Numbered from the stretch's first letter, positions 9,545 to 20,075 are shown. The stretch is 64,000 nt of DNA from an uncultured Gemmatimonadales bacterium (GCA_963809895.1 CAWELD010000003.1:2496001-2560000), one strand, 5' to 3'. Notes: a model not told the origin generated them from the sequence alone. A program made the numbers and translations.

Positions 9545-11047
9545 CTACCGCCCACGCTCGAGAAATTGCAGCCCCGTGATCTCCTCGACGCCGCCCTCGT
9601 CGCTCTCGTTGCGCTGGCGCAAAAGCACCCGGGGGCGTCCAACCCGGAAGTAGGACACGGTGTTGGACAGGCCGCTGGCCACGTTCACCCGGAGCGCGTC
9701 GTAGTCGTCTCCGGCGATCTGGATCGTCTCGGCGCCCATGACGTCGAAGCGGTCGTGCACCAGCTCGCCCGTGCGCGGGTCGAAGGTCACCAATTCCACG
9801 CTCCGGCCCACGAGGCTGTCGGCGGCCAGGGTGGCGAAGGCCAGGTTGCGCATGCCGCGAGCCACCACGCCCTCGGGCAGCTCCCGGTCGAGCTCCCGGG
9901 CAGGTCCGGCCGTATCCCTGATGATGCCGCGCACGCGGCCGTCCTCGAAGCTGAGGTCGTAGTCGGCGCTCTTCCAGGTATCGCCGGTCCACCACGCCGT
10001 CTCGCCCCGCGCCGAGATGGGCACCAGACCGTCGAGGTGGGAAAGGGTGCGACTGCGTTCCCGCTTCACCGTCTGCTCGGTGCCGAATGGCTCGGTCCGT
10101 CGCGTGGTCTCGCTCTCCATGTAGCGCTCGACGCGGGGCTCCTCCGAGCCCACGGTCTCGATGATCCGGTAGGTGATGCGCGTGCGACGCCAGCGGTCGG
10201 CGCCCACGTGCACGCTCATCTCGGCCTGGTAGCCTCCGAAGCCCTGGAGGTCGAAGCGAAGGCCCCGATTCACCGAGCTCCGCGCAGTCGACGCCCGGGG
10301 AGCATCGGGCTGATCGTCGTTGGCGGTGGGGCTCAGCACCGCCACGGGCGTTCCGCCGATGTGCGCGAGCAGGCCCCGGGCGTAGTTGATGGGCACCGCG
10401 AAGTTCAGATTCTGGCCTGCCTGCATCTGTGACGAGGCGATCCCCACTACCTCTCCGCTCAGCGACATGACCGGCCCACCGCTGGAGCCCTGCGATGCCG
10501 GCGCACTGATCTGCAGAAGCTGGAAGCCTTCCGGCTCCTGCCTTCGGCCGCTGATGATCCCGGTGGTTACCGTGTTCTCGAGCCCCAGCGGGCTGCCGAT
10601 CAGCACCACCGGACTCCCGATGCGAACCGAGTCGGAATTGCCCATGGGGAGGGCCGGAAGATCGAACCCGGGGATCTGCAACACCGCGATGTCCCGACGC
10701 TCGTCGACAGCGAGCACGGTGGCGGCGTCGTAGACATCGCCCGAGGCCAGCTTCAAGCGTACCGAGCGCGCATCGCGGATGACGTGGTTGTTCGTGATGA
10801 TCCGGCCGGAAGAGTCCACCAGGAATCCACTTCCCTGTCGGCTCCCCGACGGGGTCACGGCATCGATGAGGACGACCGAGCGGATCGCCTGTGCGGCCAG
10901 CTCCTCGAGCGAATCGGCCTGCACGAGCCGCACGGCGGACGCCTCCGCCGCCGGAGGACAGACCAGCATGAAGGTGGCGATGGCCGCGAGGGGCGCGGCG
11001 CGGGCCCGAAGGAGCCGGAGCGTATGGCGTTGGAGGGTGCGGCTCAT
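9545..11047 (-). CDS. Trypsin-like (S1C) serine protease, no PDZ, with extra C-terminal domain
   Basis: GSGFLV..ITNNHVI (His), DIAVL (Asp), QGSSGGP (Ser); AGGAG before ATG 11047; signal-like N-terminus. Confidence 0.85.
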   Translation of the reverse strand: MSRTLQRHTLRLLRARAAPLAAIATFMLVCPPAAEASAVRLVQADSLEELAAQAIRSVVLIDAVTPSGSRQGSGFLVDSSGRIITNNHVIRDARSVRLKLASGDVYDAATVLAVDERRDIAVLQIPGFDLPALPMGNSDSVRIGSPVVLIGSPLGLENTVTTGIISGRRQEPEGFQLLQISAPASQGSSGGPVMSLSGEVVGIASSQMQAGQNLNFAVPINYARGLLAHIGGTPVAVLSPTANDDQPDAPRASTARSSVNRGLRFDLQGFGGYQAEMSVHVGADRWRRTRITYRIIETVGSEEPRVERYMESETTRRTEPFGTEQTVKRERSRTLSHLDGLVPISARGETAWWTGDTWKSADYDLSFEDGRVRGIIRDTAGPARELDRELPEGVVARGMRNLAFATLAADSLVGRSVELVTFDPRTGELVHDRFDVMGAETIQIAGDDYDALRVNVASGLSNTVSYFRVGRPRVLLRQRNESDEGGVEEITGLQFLERGR

Positions 11048-11151
11048 GTCATGGACTCCTGCGACAATGGCGGGGGGTGGTCGCCCCCCGCGACGAACTT
11101 CCACCTGCATGGACTACCGACGACCGCTCTGCAGGTTCGTCCTGGAACGAC

Positions 11152-13794
11152 TCACCCCGGGGTGAGTAGCACGCTGACCTTGGCCACCAGAATGTCCTGG
11201 CCCGGATCCCGGAGAGCGTCCAGGAAGGCGTCGGTGCCGACGCCCTCCATGCGGTCGCCGAAGCGCCAGCGGTTCTTCTGCCAGATGAGGAAGAGCGAGC
11301 TTCCCCGCCTCCATTCCCACCGGAAGACCGCCGTGGCGCGGAAGGACCGCACCCAGAAATCGTAGTTCTCCAGTCTGAAAACCGCATCCCCGTCGCTGAC
11401 CTCCCATGCCCCGTCGTCCAGGCGCGTCAGCGTGGACGAGCCCTCGCCGTAGAGCCGGAGCCGGCGCGAGCGGGGCGCCACCAGCTCGCCGGGCTCGTGG
11501 ACTCCTCCCGTGGAGATGAAGGGCTCGGCGTACAGGGTCAGGACCGCGTCGGGCGCGAAGGCGATGCGGCTTCGACCCTGGAGGAAGTACTCCTTCCGTT
11601 CCATCCTCGAGAAGACGTAGCGCGTGCCGAAGGTGGCTTCGGGGCCTCCGTCGACCGCGGCGAGAAAGAGCCGGGAGTCGTCGCCCAGTGATCCCCCCGC
11701 CAACAGCGAGAGCTCCACACGACGCCCGCTCTGGACCGTCACGCCTCCGCTGAGGCCCGAGCTCCATCCGTGGAACTCGTCCAGGAACCCGTCGGCCTGC
11801 AGGCTCCACCAGAATCCCCCGGTGTGGGCGCTTCCCATCTCGGCGTCGACCCACCAGGAGCGGGCCGTGCCCATGAGCGGGCCTCCACGAGTGAGATCGT
11901 CGGAGAGGGCGCGCAGGTTCATCCCCGCCTCGAGATAGGTCGTCCACAGGTTGGCCCAGGTGGCTGAGAAGAACGCTGACGGTGACGCCTGACGGCGCAG
12001 TCCCGCGAAGTTCCAACCGCCGGTGAAGCCCAGGCCCATGCCGTGGTTCCGGAGCAGGCCCCGGGAGTCCCGGATGTCCTTGCGGACCCCGACGCGGGCC
12101 TCGATGCGGTCGGCCCGGGTCTGACTGCCGGCATCACGGATGTCGAATCCGGGCGACGATGCCGTGGCCTGGAGGTCCCAGCGCCACTCCCCACCGCCCA
12201 CGCGGCCCGCCGTGAATCCGGCTGCCCAGCCCGACAGGTCGGTACGGGTGGAATCCAGCCGGACGTGATCCTGGTCCGGCCGTTGGAAGAAGTGGGTGGA
12301 GGACAGCTGGAGCCGGGTCATGGCGTCGGCGCTTCCCGTAACTCGACTGCCGCCCAGGAAGCCGGTCACTTCATAGCGACCGTCGGCGGCCCGGAGCACG
12401 AAGTCGGCTCCGCCGGCGAGGGCACGCCGGGGGATCAGCTGCTGCAGCCCGCCGCCATCGGCGAGAAAGCGCTCGACGCCGGTGGCCATGAGTCCGATCG
12501 CGGAACCCGACGGTCCGAGCTCCTGCTGCACGCGCCCCACCGCGAAGAGCGTGCTGGGAGCGACCTCGCTGCGGGCGCCCGCGCCAGGCTCAGGAACGGA
12601 CTCCTGGCCCGTCAGCGCGCTCAGGGCACCCACCGACAGCCCGTCGGGCATCCGTCCCGTGAGCTTGGCCCCGCCGATGATGCGCGCCGACTCCACTTCT
12701 TCGAAGACACCCTGACCACCCACATTCGGCACGGAGCCGATACGGCGCGAATAGAAGTAGTTGGGGCCTCGGGTGCGGAACAGCTCGCGGCCCTCGGTGA
12801 AGAAGGGCCTGCGCTCGGGAAAGAAGGTTTCGAAGGCGGTGAGGTTCACCCTCGCGGGGTCGGCCTCGACCTGTCCGAAGTCCGGATTGACCGTGGCCTC
12901 CAGCGTCAGGTTGGGCCCCAGACCCGCCTTCATGTCGCCGCCGAGCCGCGTGCTGTGGTCCGTGGTACCCGCCACCCCGTCCGCCGGATCGAGACGTGTG
13001 CCCCGTTCCAGGAGGTAGGGGACCAGCTCGATCCGGGACCCGGTCCGGATGTCGCGCAACCCGCGAAGGGCGCCGAAACGCGACACCCACCCGGTCTCCT
13101 CGTACGGCACGGCGACCCAGTACAGGTTGAGGAAGGTCGCCGGGTTCCAGCGCCGGACGTTCAAGCCCCACAGTTGCTGATCACCGGGCGAGAAGCGGAG
13201 CTGGCTGAAGGGGATGCGCATCTCGGCCGTCCACCCCTGGTCGTCGTGGGTCACCCGGGCGTCCCACACCGGGTTCCAGGAGTCGTCGCGCCAGCCCTCG
13301 TTGTCGCGGGCGTCCACGTAGTCGACGCGCACTCCCCCCACCGTCACGCCGAAGGTGAAGGCCGTGCGCCGGTCGCGGTACGTGTCCAGGGAGACGAGGA
13401 TGCGCTCGGTGTTGCCGGCCTCGTCGCGCCCGGCGAGCACCTGCCGGGGCCCCCCGTCCCGATCGGAGAGCATGCGAGCTCCCACGTAGAGGGCCTCGCC
13501 GTCATAGGCGAAGGCCACGGAGGTCTCGACGCGCGGTGCGAAGCTCCGGTCCTTGCCCTTCTGACGGAAGTCGTCGCGGAACTCCGCCCGACTCCATGCC
13601 TCTTCATCCAGCCTCCCGTCCACGGCGATGCTGCCCACCTGGACCCGCAGGACGGTCATCTCCTTCGCAGGAGCCACGCCGTCGACCGATCCCGACTCCT
13701 GCACAGCGGCCTGGGCCGGCGAGGACACACCGAGCACGCCCACGGCGACCCAGGACAGGACACCCAGGAACCGTCTCCGGATCGCCATCGTCAC
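11152..13794 (-). CDS. CBM9-like plus DUF5916 domain exported/outer-membrane protein
   Basis: Signal peptide; VDGRLDEEAW, WTAEMRIPFSQLRF, NPDFGQVEADP..NLTAFETFFPERRPFF; amphipathic beta C-terminal half; GTG 13794 overlaps upstream TGA (ATG 13788 alternative). Confidence 0.8.
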   Translation of the reverse strand: MTMAIRRRFLGVLSWVAVGVLGVSSPAQAAVQESGSVDGVAPAKEMTVLRVQVGSIAVDGRLDEEAWSRAEFRDDFRQKGKDRSFAPRVETSVAFAYDGEALYVGARMLSDRDGGPRQVLAGRDEAGNTERILVSLDTYRDRRTAFTFGVTVGGVRVDYVDARDNEGWRDDSWNPVWDARVTHDDQGWTAEMRIPFSQLRFSPGDQQLWGLNVRRWNPATFLNLYWVAVPYEETGWVSRFGALRGLRDIRTGSRIELVPYLLERGTRLDPADGVAGTTDHSTRLGGDMKAGLGPNLTLEATVNPDFGQVEADPARVNLTAFETFFPERRPFFTEGRELFRTRGPNYFYSRRIGSVPNVGGQGVFEEVESARIIGGAKLTGRMPDGLSVGALSALTGQESVPEPGAGARSEVAPSTLFAVGRVQQELGPSGSAIGLMATGVERFLADGGGLQQLIPRRALAGGADFVLRAADGRYEVTGFLGGSRVTGSADAMTRLQLSSTHFFQRPDQDHVRLDSTRTDLSGWAAGFTAGRVGGGEWRWDLQATASSPGFDIRDAGSQTRADRIEARVGVRKDIRDSRGLLRNHGMGLGFTGGWNFAGLRRQASPSAFFSATWANLWTTYLEAGMNLRALSDDLTRGGPLMGTARSWWVDAEMGSAHTGGFWWSLQADGFLDEFHGWSSGLSGGVTVQSGRRVELSLLAGGSLGDDSRLFLAAVDGGPEATFGTRYVFSRMERKEYFLQGRSRIAFAPDAVLTLYAEPFISTGGVHEPGELVAPRSRRLRLYGEGSSTLTRLDDGAWEVSDGDAVFRLENYDFWVRSFRATAVFRWEWRRGSSLFLIWQKNRWRFGDRMEGVGTDAFLDALRDPGQDILVAKVSVLLTPG

Positions 13795-14843
13795 GCTGCC
13801 AGCTCGTGTGCACATCGTCGGGCCTCCAGCAGCCAGTCGTTCTGGTGTTCACGCGGCGGAGTCCAATCCTTCGCCCAGCCGAGCCACTGCACCGCCTGCA
13901 ACAGCCGGCACATGGTGAGCTCGCGGTAGAACCCGATCCTGGAACGCCAGGTCATGCCCGCGGCTCGGGCCTCGGCGCGATATGCTTCCACCAGATCGGC
14001 GCGCGCCTCGGCGCCGAGCTCACCGGCGGTGAGCGCGGCCAGATCCAGGAGCCTGGGCCCGAAGCCGGCCATCTCCCAGTCCACGGGCCGGATGCATCCC
14101 CCCTCCCCTTCCACGAGGACGTTGGAGGGATAGAACTCGCCGTGGACGAAGACGGGATCGAGCTCCAGGACGGACTCGGCGGCGGCACGGTGCGCGTCGG
14201 CGATCTCGGCCAGGGCTTCGAGACGCTCGCGGGCCACGGCCGCCAGGGGCCCATCGACCTGCGTGCCGCCTCTGGCCAGCTGCACCGCCCTCCGAAACCA
14301 CCACCGGTGGAAGCGCCGATCGTGGGCGATGAGGGGCCCTCCGACGGCCGGCAGGCGCGCCATGTGGGCGTGGAAGCGAGCCAGCCACCGGGCCGCCTCC
14401 CTCCAGGCCCCGTGATCCCCCACCTCGGCGAGAGGCTCTCCGTGCACGGGCTCCAGAAAGAGCCAGTGGCGACCCCGGGCGCGATCCGAGACGATACCCA
14501 GGCAGCGGGGGGCACCCAGGGCGCGCGGCTGCAGGATGGTGCGATAGACCCAGGGCTCGCGGCCCGGATCCAGGATCCTCGAGGGCTTGGCTCGCAGGGC
14601 CAGGCTCCCCGGCACTTCCCGCGCCAGGTTCTTGAAGATCACCTGCAACGTGCGGCCGTCGTCCAGGGTCACCACGAGCTCCTCGATCCACCAGCTCGAA
14701 GCCCGGGCCACTGGTCGCCGGTCCACGCGATGGACCCGGGCGCCCGTGCGCACTTTCGCCACGATCCCGTCCAGGGCGCGCTCCAACGCCTCGGCATCGC
14801 TCATGACGCCCCGAATCGGGTCGGGCCGGCGCTCGCCGCTCAT
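13791..14843 (-). CDS. Aminoglycoside phosphotransferase (APH)/choline kinase-like protein
   Basis: VIFK, REPWVY, WLFLEPV, HGEFYPSNVLV and VDWEMA motifs; ATGA overlap with upstream gene. Confidence 0.8.
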   Translation of the reverse strand: MSGERRPDPIRGVMSDAEALERALDGIVAKVRTGARVHRVDRRPVARASSWWIEELVVTLDDGRTLQVIFKNLAREVPGSLALRAKPSRILDPGREPWVYRTILQPRALGAPRCLGIVSDRARGRHWLFLEPVHGEPLAEVGDHGAWREAARWLARFHAHMARLPAVGGPLIAHDRRFHRWWFRRAVQLARGGTQVDGPLAAVARERLEALAEIADAHRAAAESVLELDPVFVHGEFYPSNVLVEGEGGCIRPVDWEMAGFGPRLLDLAALTAGELGAEARADLVEAYRAEARAAGMTWRSRIGFYRELTMCRLLQAVQWLGWAKDWTPPREHQNDWLLEARRCAHELAA

Positions 14844-17269
14844 CCGCCCAGCTCGCCCATGAGCCTCTCCAGCACACGGTCCGCCGCCAGGTGCTCTTCG
14901 GCGACGCCCCGGGCGGCACGGGCGTGGCGCTCGTAGTCGGCCCGCACCCTGTGGACGCCGTCCACGGCCTCCTCCAGCGAGGTGAAGGGTACCAGGCCCC
15001 AGCCCGTGGGCAGATGGTCCGAGAACCCCGTGTCCTGCGCGAGCACGGGCCGGCCCGAGGCCAGATAGCAGGCGCTCCGGTCGCTGAACCACCCGGACCG
15101 CGACTGGACGTAGCCCGTCTTGGCCACACCGAGCTCGGCCGCCGAGCCCTGTACGAAGCGCCGATAGCGGACCGGATCCCCCGCGACCCGCCCCGGGTCC
15201 ACCAGGGACCAGCGGTTCTCCCGCAGTGCCCTGAGATCCTTCGTCTCCTCGGGGTGGATGGACAGGGCGAGCTCGAACCGGTCGCCGCTCTCACGCGGCA
15301 GGTCGACCAGACGGCGGAAGGCATGGGCTTTCTGGCCCAGCGTGCTCCCATTCCAGCGGATGGACCCGTATCCACGCCAGTTGGCCACCGTGGTCCACGC
15401 ATCCCGTGCGGGCTGCGCCCGGGCCGCCGGCCACTCCTCCAGCACGACCGGAGGAGCCGTCCGGATCCACTGCCGTCCCAGGGTCGGCACCGAGCACGCC
15501 GAAGTGCCCAGTGCCAGGCCCACGGTGACGAAGTGGGTGTGGCCGTCCAGACCCATGTCGACGCCTTCGACGTCCTGCCAGAGTTGGGTGAAGGCAGGGT
15601 CGAGGTCCACGTAGGCGCGCACCGGAATCCGACTCGCCAGCCTCGGCGACAGGACGCCCGACAGGTTCAGCAACAGCTCGGCCCGGTCGGCGACGCGCTC
15701 CAGGTCCGCACAGGAGAGCCCGACGGTCTGGCGGCTGTTCTCGAGAAGGAGCGTGGCCCGGCCTTCGAGCCCGAAGCGCTGCACCAGTCGTCGGAAGTAC
15801 CGGGCGTTCTCGGACCGCTCCAGGCGAGCGCCAGGGGGGCGGATCCGGTCCGTGCCGAGCTCCTCCACCAGGTGAACGTCGTGGCCCATGCGCAGCAGGC
15901 CCAGGACGTACTGGAGCACCGCCCAGGTCGCCCCGCCCTGTCCGGGCACACCGGCGACCATGCCACTCACGATCACCCTGCGACGGCCCGAGACGGTGCC
16001 GTTGCCGGGCGCGCGCCGGGCCTGCTCCGGCCCCTTGGGGTCATGGGACGGAGCACCGTTTCCGGAGTGCACGTCGCCGCCGGCTCCGGAGGGTGCCGCC
16101 GGCGCGGCGTGCGTGCCGGTGACGAGGGCCCGCTCGAGGAACCCGCTCAGCACCTTGCGCGCGTCGAAGTACTCCTGGGCGATGTGGCGAGCCGCCATCC
16201 GGTGGCGCTCGTAGTCGCGCACCACGTCTTCGGCTGCGCGCGCGGCGCTGCGCACGTCCTGGAAGGACAGGAGCCCCTCGCCCACGGGGATGCGGCGGCC
16301 GAAGCCCGTGTCCTGCACCACCACCGGGCGCCCGGTGGCCAGGTAACGGGCGGAACGGTCGCTGAACCACCCGCTGCGGGTATCCACGTAGATCCCTTGC
16401 GCCACAGACAACTCCGCCCCGGAGCCGCGCACGTAGTCCCGGAATTCCTCGGGGGTCGCCGCCACTCTCTTGGGATCGACGAGCTTCCAGCCGTGCCCCT
16501 GCAACATGCGCCTGTCCCGGTCGTCGTCGGGGTGGATGTCCAGCGCCACCTCGACGAGAACACCCACCTCTTCGGCCAGCCGAGCGAAGCGTCGAAACTC
16601 GTGGACCTTGAGTCCGAAGACGTGTCCGTCCGCTTCAACGGGCCCGTAGGACCCACGCCAACTGGCCAGCGTCGTGAAGCGCAGCTGCTCCGGGGGCTCG
16701 ACGGCCGGCCAGTCCTCCAGAACCACCGGTTGGCGTAGCGGGAGCCAACGGATGCCGCTGGTGGGGATGGGACACCCCGGCGTCCCCACGTTCTCCCCCA
16801 CGGTGAAGTGCACCTCGTGCTGATGGAGGCGCAGTCCCGTCTCACCGGCGGCGTGCCAGTATTGGGTGAACCCCGGATCGAGGTCCACGTAGGCCCGGCG
16901 GCGCACTCCTCGGAACACGGGGCGGTAGGACAGGTGTCCGCTGATGTTCACCAACAGGTCGGCCCCGGCGGCGAAGTCCATTACCGCGCCCAGGGGCAGT
17001 CCGGCGAGGTGCTCGCCTTGCGGAGTGATCAGGCTCGCCCCTTCGGCGAGCCCCCACCGCCGGGACACGGCGTCGAAGAAGGCGACGTGGGGACTCGAGG
17101 AGAGAGCGGCCGGATCATCGCCCACGCCCGTGACGGCCGGATCGAGCTCCTCGACGAAGAGCACCTCTGCGCCCAGGGACCGCAGTCCACGGACCCACGC
17201 CAGCCGGACCCATGCCTCTCCGCCGTAGGACGGCTTGTTCGCCAGCGCTCCCGCCACGACGATCTTCAT
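14840..17269 (-). CDS. Tandem two-unit putative GT-B glycosyltransferase
   Basis: Two homologous ~380-aa units, each with DLDPxFTQ, WRG, GWFSDRSAxYLAxGRPVxxQDTGF, joined by a Pro/Ala/Gly linker; ATGA overlap. Confidence 0.75.
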   Translation of the reverse strand: MKIVVAGALANKPSYGGEAWVRLAWVRGLRSLGAEVLFVEELDPAVTGVGDDPAALSSSPHVAFFDAVSRRWGLAEGASLITPQGEHLAGLPLGAVMDFAAGADLLVNISGHLSYRPVFRGVRRRAYVDLDPGFTQYWHAAGETGLRLHQHEVHFTVGENVGTPGCPIPTSGIRWLPLRQPVVLEDWPAVEPPEQLRFTTLASWRGSYGPVEADGHVFGLKVHEFRRFARLAEEVGVLVEVALDIHPDDDRDRRMLQGHGWKLVDPKRVAATPEEFRDYVRGSGAELSVAQGIYVDTRSGWFSDRSARYLATGRPVVVQDTGFGRRIPVGEGLLSFQDVRSAARAAEDVVRDYERHRMAARHIAQEYFDARKVLSGFLERALVTGTHAAPAAPSGAGGDVHSGNGAPSHDPKGPEQARRAPGNGTVSGRRRVIVSGMVAGVPGQGGATWAVLQYVLGLLRMGHDVHLVEELGTDRIRPPGARLERSENARYFRRLVQRFGLEGRATLLLENSRQTVGLSCADLERVADRAELLLNLSGVLSPRLASRIPVRAYVDLDPAFTQLWQDVEGVDMGLDGHTHFVTVGLALGTSACSVPTLGRQWIRTAPPVVLEEWPAARAQPARDAWTTVANWRGYGSIRWNGSTLGQKAHAFRRLVDLPRESGDRFELALSIHPEETKDLRALRENRWSLVDPGRVAGDPVRYRRFVQGSAAELGVAKTGYVQSRSGWFSDRSACYLASGRPVLAQDTGFSDHLPTGWGLVPFTSLEEAVDGVHRVRADYERHARAARGVAEEHLAADRVLERLMGELGG

Positions 17270-18405
17270 GCCGACGCCTCCGTGGTGACGGCTTCGGCGA
17301 CCCGCGTGACGACGCGGTTCGCGTCCAGATGGCGCGCCGCCCAATCGCGCGCGGCCCGGGCGTGGCGACTCCAGTCGGCGTCCACGGTCCGCACCGCATC
17401 CACCGCTTCGTCCATGCCGGTGTAGGTCAGGAGGCCCAGACCGGTGTCCAGCCAGCCTGCCAGCCCCGTATCCTGCACCACCGCCGGGCGGCCGGCGGCC
17501 AGATAACAGGCGGTCCGGTCACTGAACCATCCGCTCCCGGTCTGCACGTACATGCCCTTGGCCACCGTGAACTCGGCGCGAGACAGACGCACATAGTCAC
17601 GGTAGTCGTCGGGCGTGGACGCCACGCGCTCGGGGGATTCCAGGTGCCAGCCGCCCTGAAGCAGCCTGAAGGCGTCCCGATCGTCCGGCTCGCCGATGTC
17701 CAGGGCGACTTCGAAGGAGAGGCCACTCTGTCTCGGAAGCGTGGCGAACCGCCGAAATTCGTGGACCCGCAGGCCGTAGGTGGTGCCCTCGTACACCACC
17801 GGGTCCCAGGGCCCGCGCCACGAGCCCACGCTGGTGAAGCGGGTGCCGGCATCGGGCGTCGGGCGCCACAGGTCCATGACCACCGGGGGCAGCGTGGGAA
17901 TCCAGCGCAGCCCGCAGTCGGGAATGCGACACGACGGCCGACCCACGTTGCCCCCGACGGTCAGGAAGGCGTCGTGGCCGACGAAGAGGTCGCACAGGCC
18001 CAGCGCCTTCCACATCTGCCCGAAGCCGGGGTCGATGTCCAGGAACACCCGTCGCCGGGCCCGGCCGAGGAGGTCCTCGTCCTCCAGATACCCCATGACG
18101 TTGAGCAGGAAGTCCGACGCGGCGAGACGCTCCCGGACGGCGGTGCGTCCGAGGCCCACCGGCTCCTCGTCCGGGCCCAGGTCCAGCGAATAGGAGTCCC
18201 CGAGTCCGAAGCCCTCCAGGATGTCCACGAAGCGCCGTACCGCGAGTGTGCCGCGCACCTCGGGACCGGGCTCCAGCCGATCCAGGAAGAGGACCTCCCA
18301 CCCGGCGTACCTGAAACCGAGTACCCACTGCAGGAGCGCCCAGGTGTGCCCGCCCCGGTCCGAGCGGCGGGCCAGGCCGCCCGCCACGACGACGGAGCCC
18401 CTCAT
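17266..18405 (-). CDS. Putative GT-B glycosyltransferase, same family as neighbour
   Basis: DIDPGFGQ, VGSWRG, GWFSDRTACYLAAGRPAVVQDTG; ATGA overlap. Confidence 0.75.
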   Translation of the reverse strand: MRGSVVVAGGLARRSDRGGHTWALLQWVLGFRYAGWEVLFLDRLEPGPEVRGTLAVRRFVDILEGFGLGDSYSLDLGPDEEPVGLGRTAVRERLAASDFLLNVMGYLEDEDLLGRARRRVFLDIDPGFGQMWKALGLCDLFVGHDAFLTVGGNVGRPSCRIPDCGLRWIPTLPPVVMDLWRPTPDAGTRFTSVGSWRGPWDPVVYEGTTYGLRVHEFRRFATLPRQSGLSFEVALDIGEPDDRDAFRLLQGGWHLESPERVASTPDDYRDYVRLSRAEFTVAKGMYVQTGSGWFSDRTACYLAAGRPAVVQDTGLAGWLDTGLGLLTYTGMDEAVDAVRTVDADWSRHARAARDWAARHLDANRVVTRVAEAVTTEASA

Positions 18406-20075
18406 CGCGTCACGCCCCGGCCGAGCCGGTCGGTGCGTCCGGTCCTGTGATTGGGCCGCAGGCGATCGCCGGAGCGCGCGCCTTGCCGACGTCGGCCCGG
18501 CGCCCCGGCGCTGGAAGCCACCTCGCGCCCGGGCGTGCCTCCGTTGCGGCCAAGGCGGTAGATGAGGCACGTCTCGTCGGACCAGACGCGCTCGTGCGCT
18601 TCGTCCAGATGGCTGGCGAAGCCCCGGTAGTACTCCATCCACCAGAAGCTCGGCGCAGGCACCAGCAGGTAGTCCGCCAGGGGCCGGAGGCGCTCGAGGT
18701 GCTCGATGGCGTCGCGGCTGTCCCTGGGGTGATAGCCCGCCCAACGCCCGTCCTCGCTCTGGGGAAAATGGCGACCCGTGCGCTTGGGGAGCCGGACCAG
18801 CTCCGGATCGCCCTTGCTCACCACCAACACCGACGCGGTCTCGGGAAGGGCCGCAGCCACGGCCTCCTGGACGCCATGCAGGACCCGGCTCGCCGGCAGG
18901 TCGTTCCCGACGTCACGCCACGCGAGCCGGGCCTTTGCCGGCCGGTCCAGAATGCGCCCGACGGCCTCCTGTAGCCGCGCCCGCGACGCACGGTGCCCGT
19001 GGGCCCTCAGCATGCGACGACGACCCTTCGAGGCCAACGCTTCCCACAGTTCGCGGTCTCCGATCACACGCTCGACGGCCCGGGCGAAGGCCTCGGCGTC
19101 GGATGCGACCAACAGGTGCTCTCCGTCTCGAACGTCCATGCCTTCGACGCCCACCGGCGTGGCGACGCTGGGCGTGCGGGCCAGCAGGGCCTGCATCAGC
19201 TTGCGCTTGGTGCCGGCTCCGTAGCGAAGGGGGATCACGGAGAGCCGCGCACGGTGGAGGTAGGGCACCAGCGACGGCACCCATCCCACCAGGCGCACGT
19301 GCTCCAGCTCTTCGGCCACCTCGCGCACGCGTCCGTCGAGCCCGTTGCCCACGATCGTGAGCGGATGCTCACGCAACAGCGAACTCGGCACGAGAGGGAG
19401 GATGTCGCGGCACAGATACGCCACGGCGTCCACATTGGGAGGATGGCGGAAGTTCCCGACGAAGAGCACGCCCCGGCGCTCCTCGAAGGAAAGCTCGGAA
19501 GGGGGCACGTCGTCGCTGTCCGGCACCGGGTGGGCCAGGCCCGGATCGCCGGCGATATCGTTCACCAGGCCGGCTTCCTTGGCCGACACGGTGAGGACGC
19601 CGTCGGCGCCGGCGTAGGCGTTGAGCTCATCGACCAGCTCGCTGCCGTAGGCGGCATCGAGCCGGCCGGCGCCACCGTTCGCCGCACCCAGGAGCCGGCG
19701 GGCGTTGCGCAGCCAGTGGAGGTCCACGGTCTCGACGACGATGCGCGTCTCCGGCGACAGGCGACGCACCAGATCGGCGTAGCGGTCCGCCAGATACCAG
19801 AAGGCGAAGATCGCGACCTGGAATCCTCCCGCCGCGATGAGGTCCGCGGCCTGCCCGTCGAACCCGACGTGGGTGAGGACCCCCCGTTGACGCAGATGCG
19901 CAACGTGACGCGAGTCGTCGGGGGCGTTCTCACACACGAAGCACACGGTCCACCCCGCCTCGAGAAAGAACTCGATCAGGTGATAGATCCTCCTGGAGCC
20001 ACTCTCGCGGTCGTACTCGGGTGGCAGCGGCGCGCACACGAGCACGCGGCGTGTCGAGCTCGCTGCGGTCGTCAC
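18402..20075 (-). CDS. GT4-family glycosyltransferase with C-terminal unnamed repeated domain
   Basis: PEYDRESGSRR, VETVDLHWLR, FVGNFRHPPNVDAV, PLRYGAGTKRKL motifs; GTGA overlap. Confidence 0.85.
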   Translation of the reverse strand: MTTAASSTRRVLVCAPLPPEYDRESGSRRIYHLIEFFLEAGWTVCFVCENAPDDSRHVAHLRQRGVLTHVGFDGQAADLIAAGGFQVAIFAFWYLADRYADLVRRLSPETRIVVETVDLHWLRNARRLLGAANGGAGRLDAAYGSELVDELNAYAGADGVLTVSAKEAGLVNDIAGDPGLAHPVPDSDDVPPSELSFEERRGVLFVGNFRHPPNVDAVAYLCRDILPLVPSSLLREHPLTIVGNGLDGRVREVAEELEHVRLVGWVPSLVPYLHRARLSVIPLRYGAGTKRKLMQALLARTPSVATPVGVEGMDVRDGEHLLVASDAEAFARAVERVIGDRELWEALASKGRRRMLRAHGHRASRARLQEAVGRILDRPAKARLAWRDVGNDLPASRVLHGVQEAVAAALPETASVLVVSKGDPELVRLPKRTGRHFPQSEDGRWAGYHPRDSRDAIEHLERLRPLADYLLVPAPSFWWMEYYRGFASHLDEAHERVWSDETCLIYRLGRNGGTPGREVASSAGAPGRRRQGARSGDRLRPNHRTGRTDRLGRGVTR

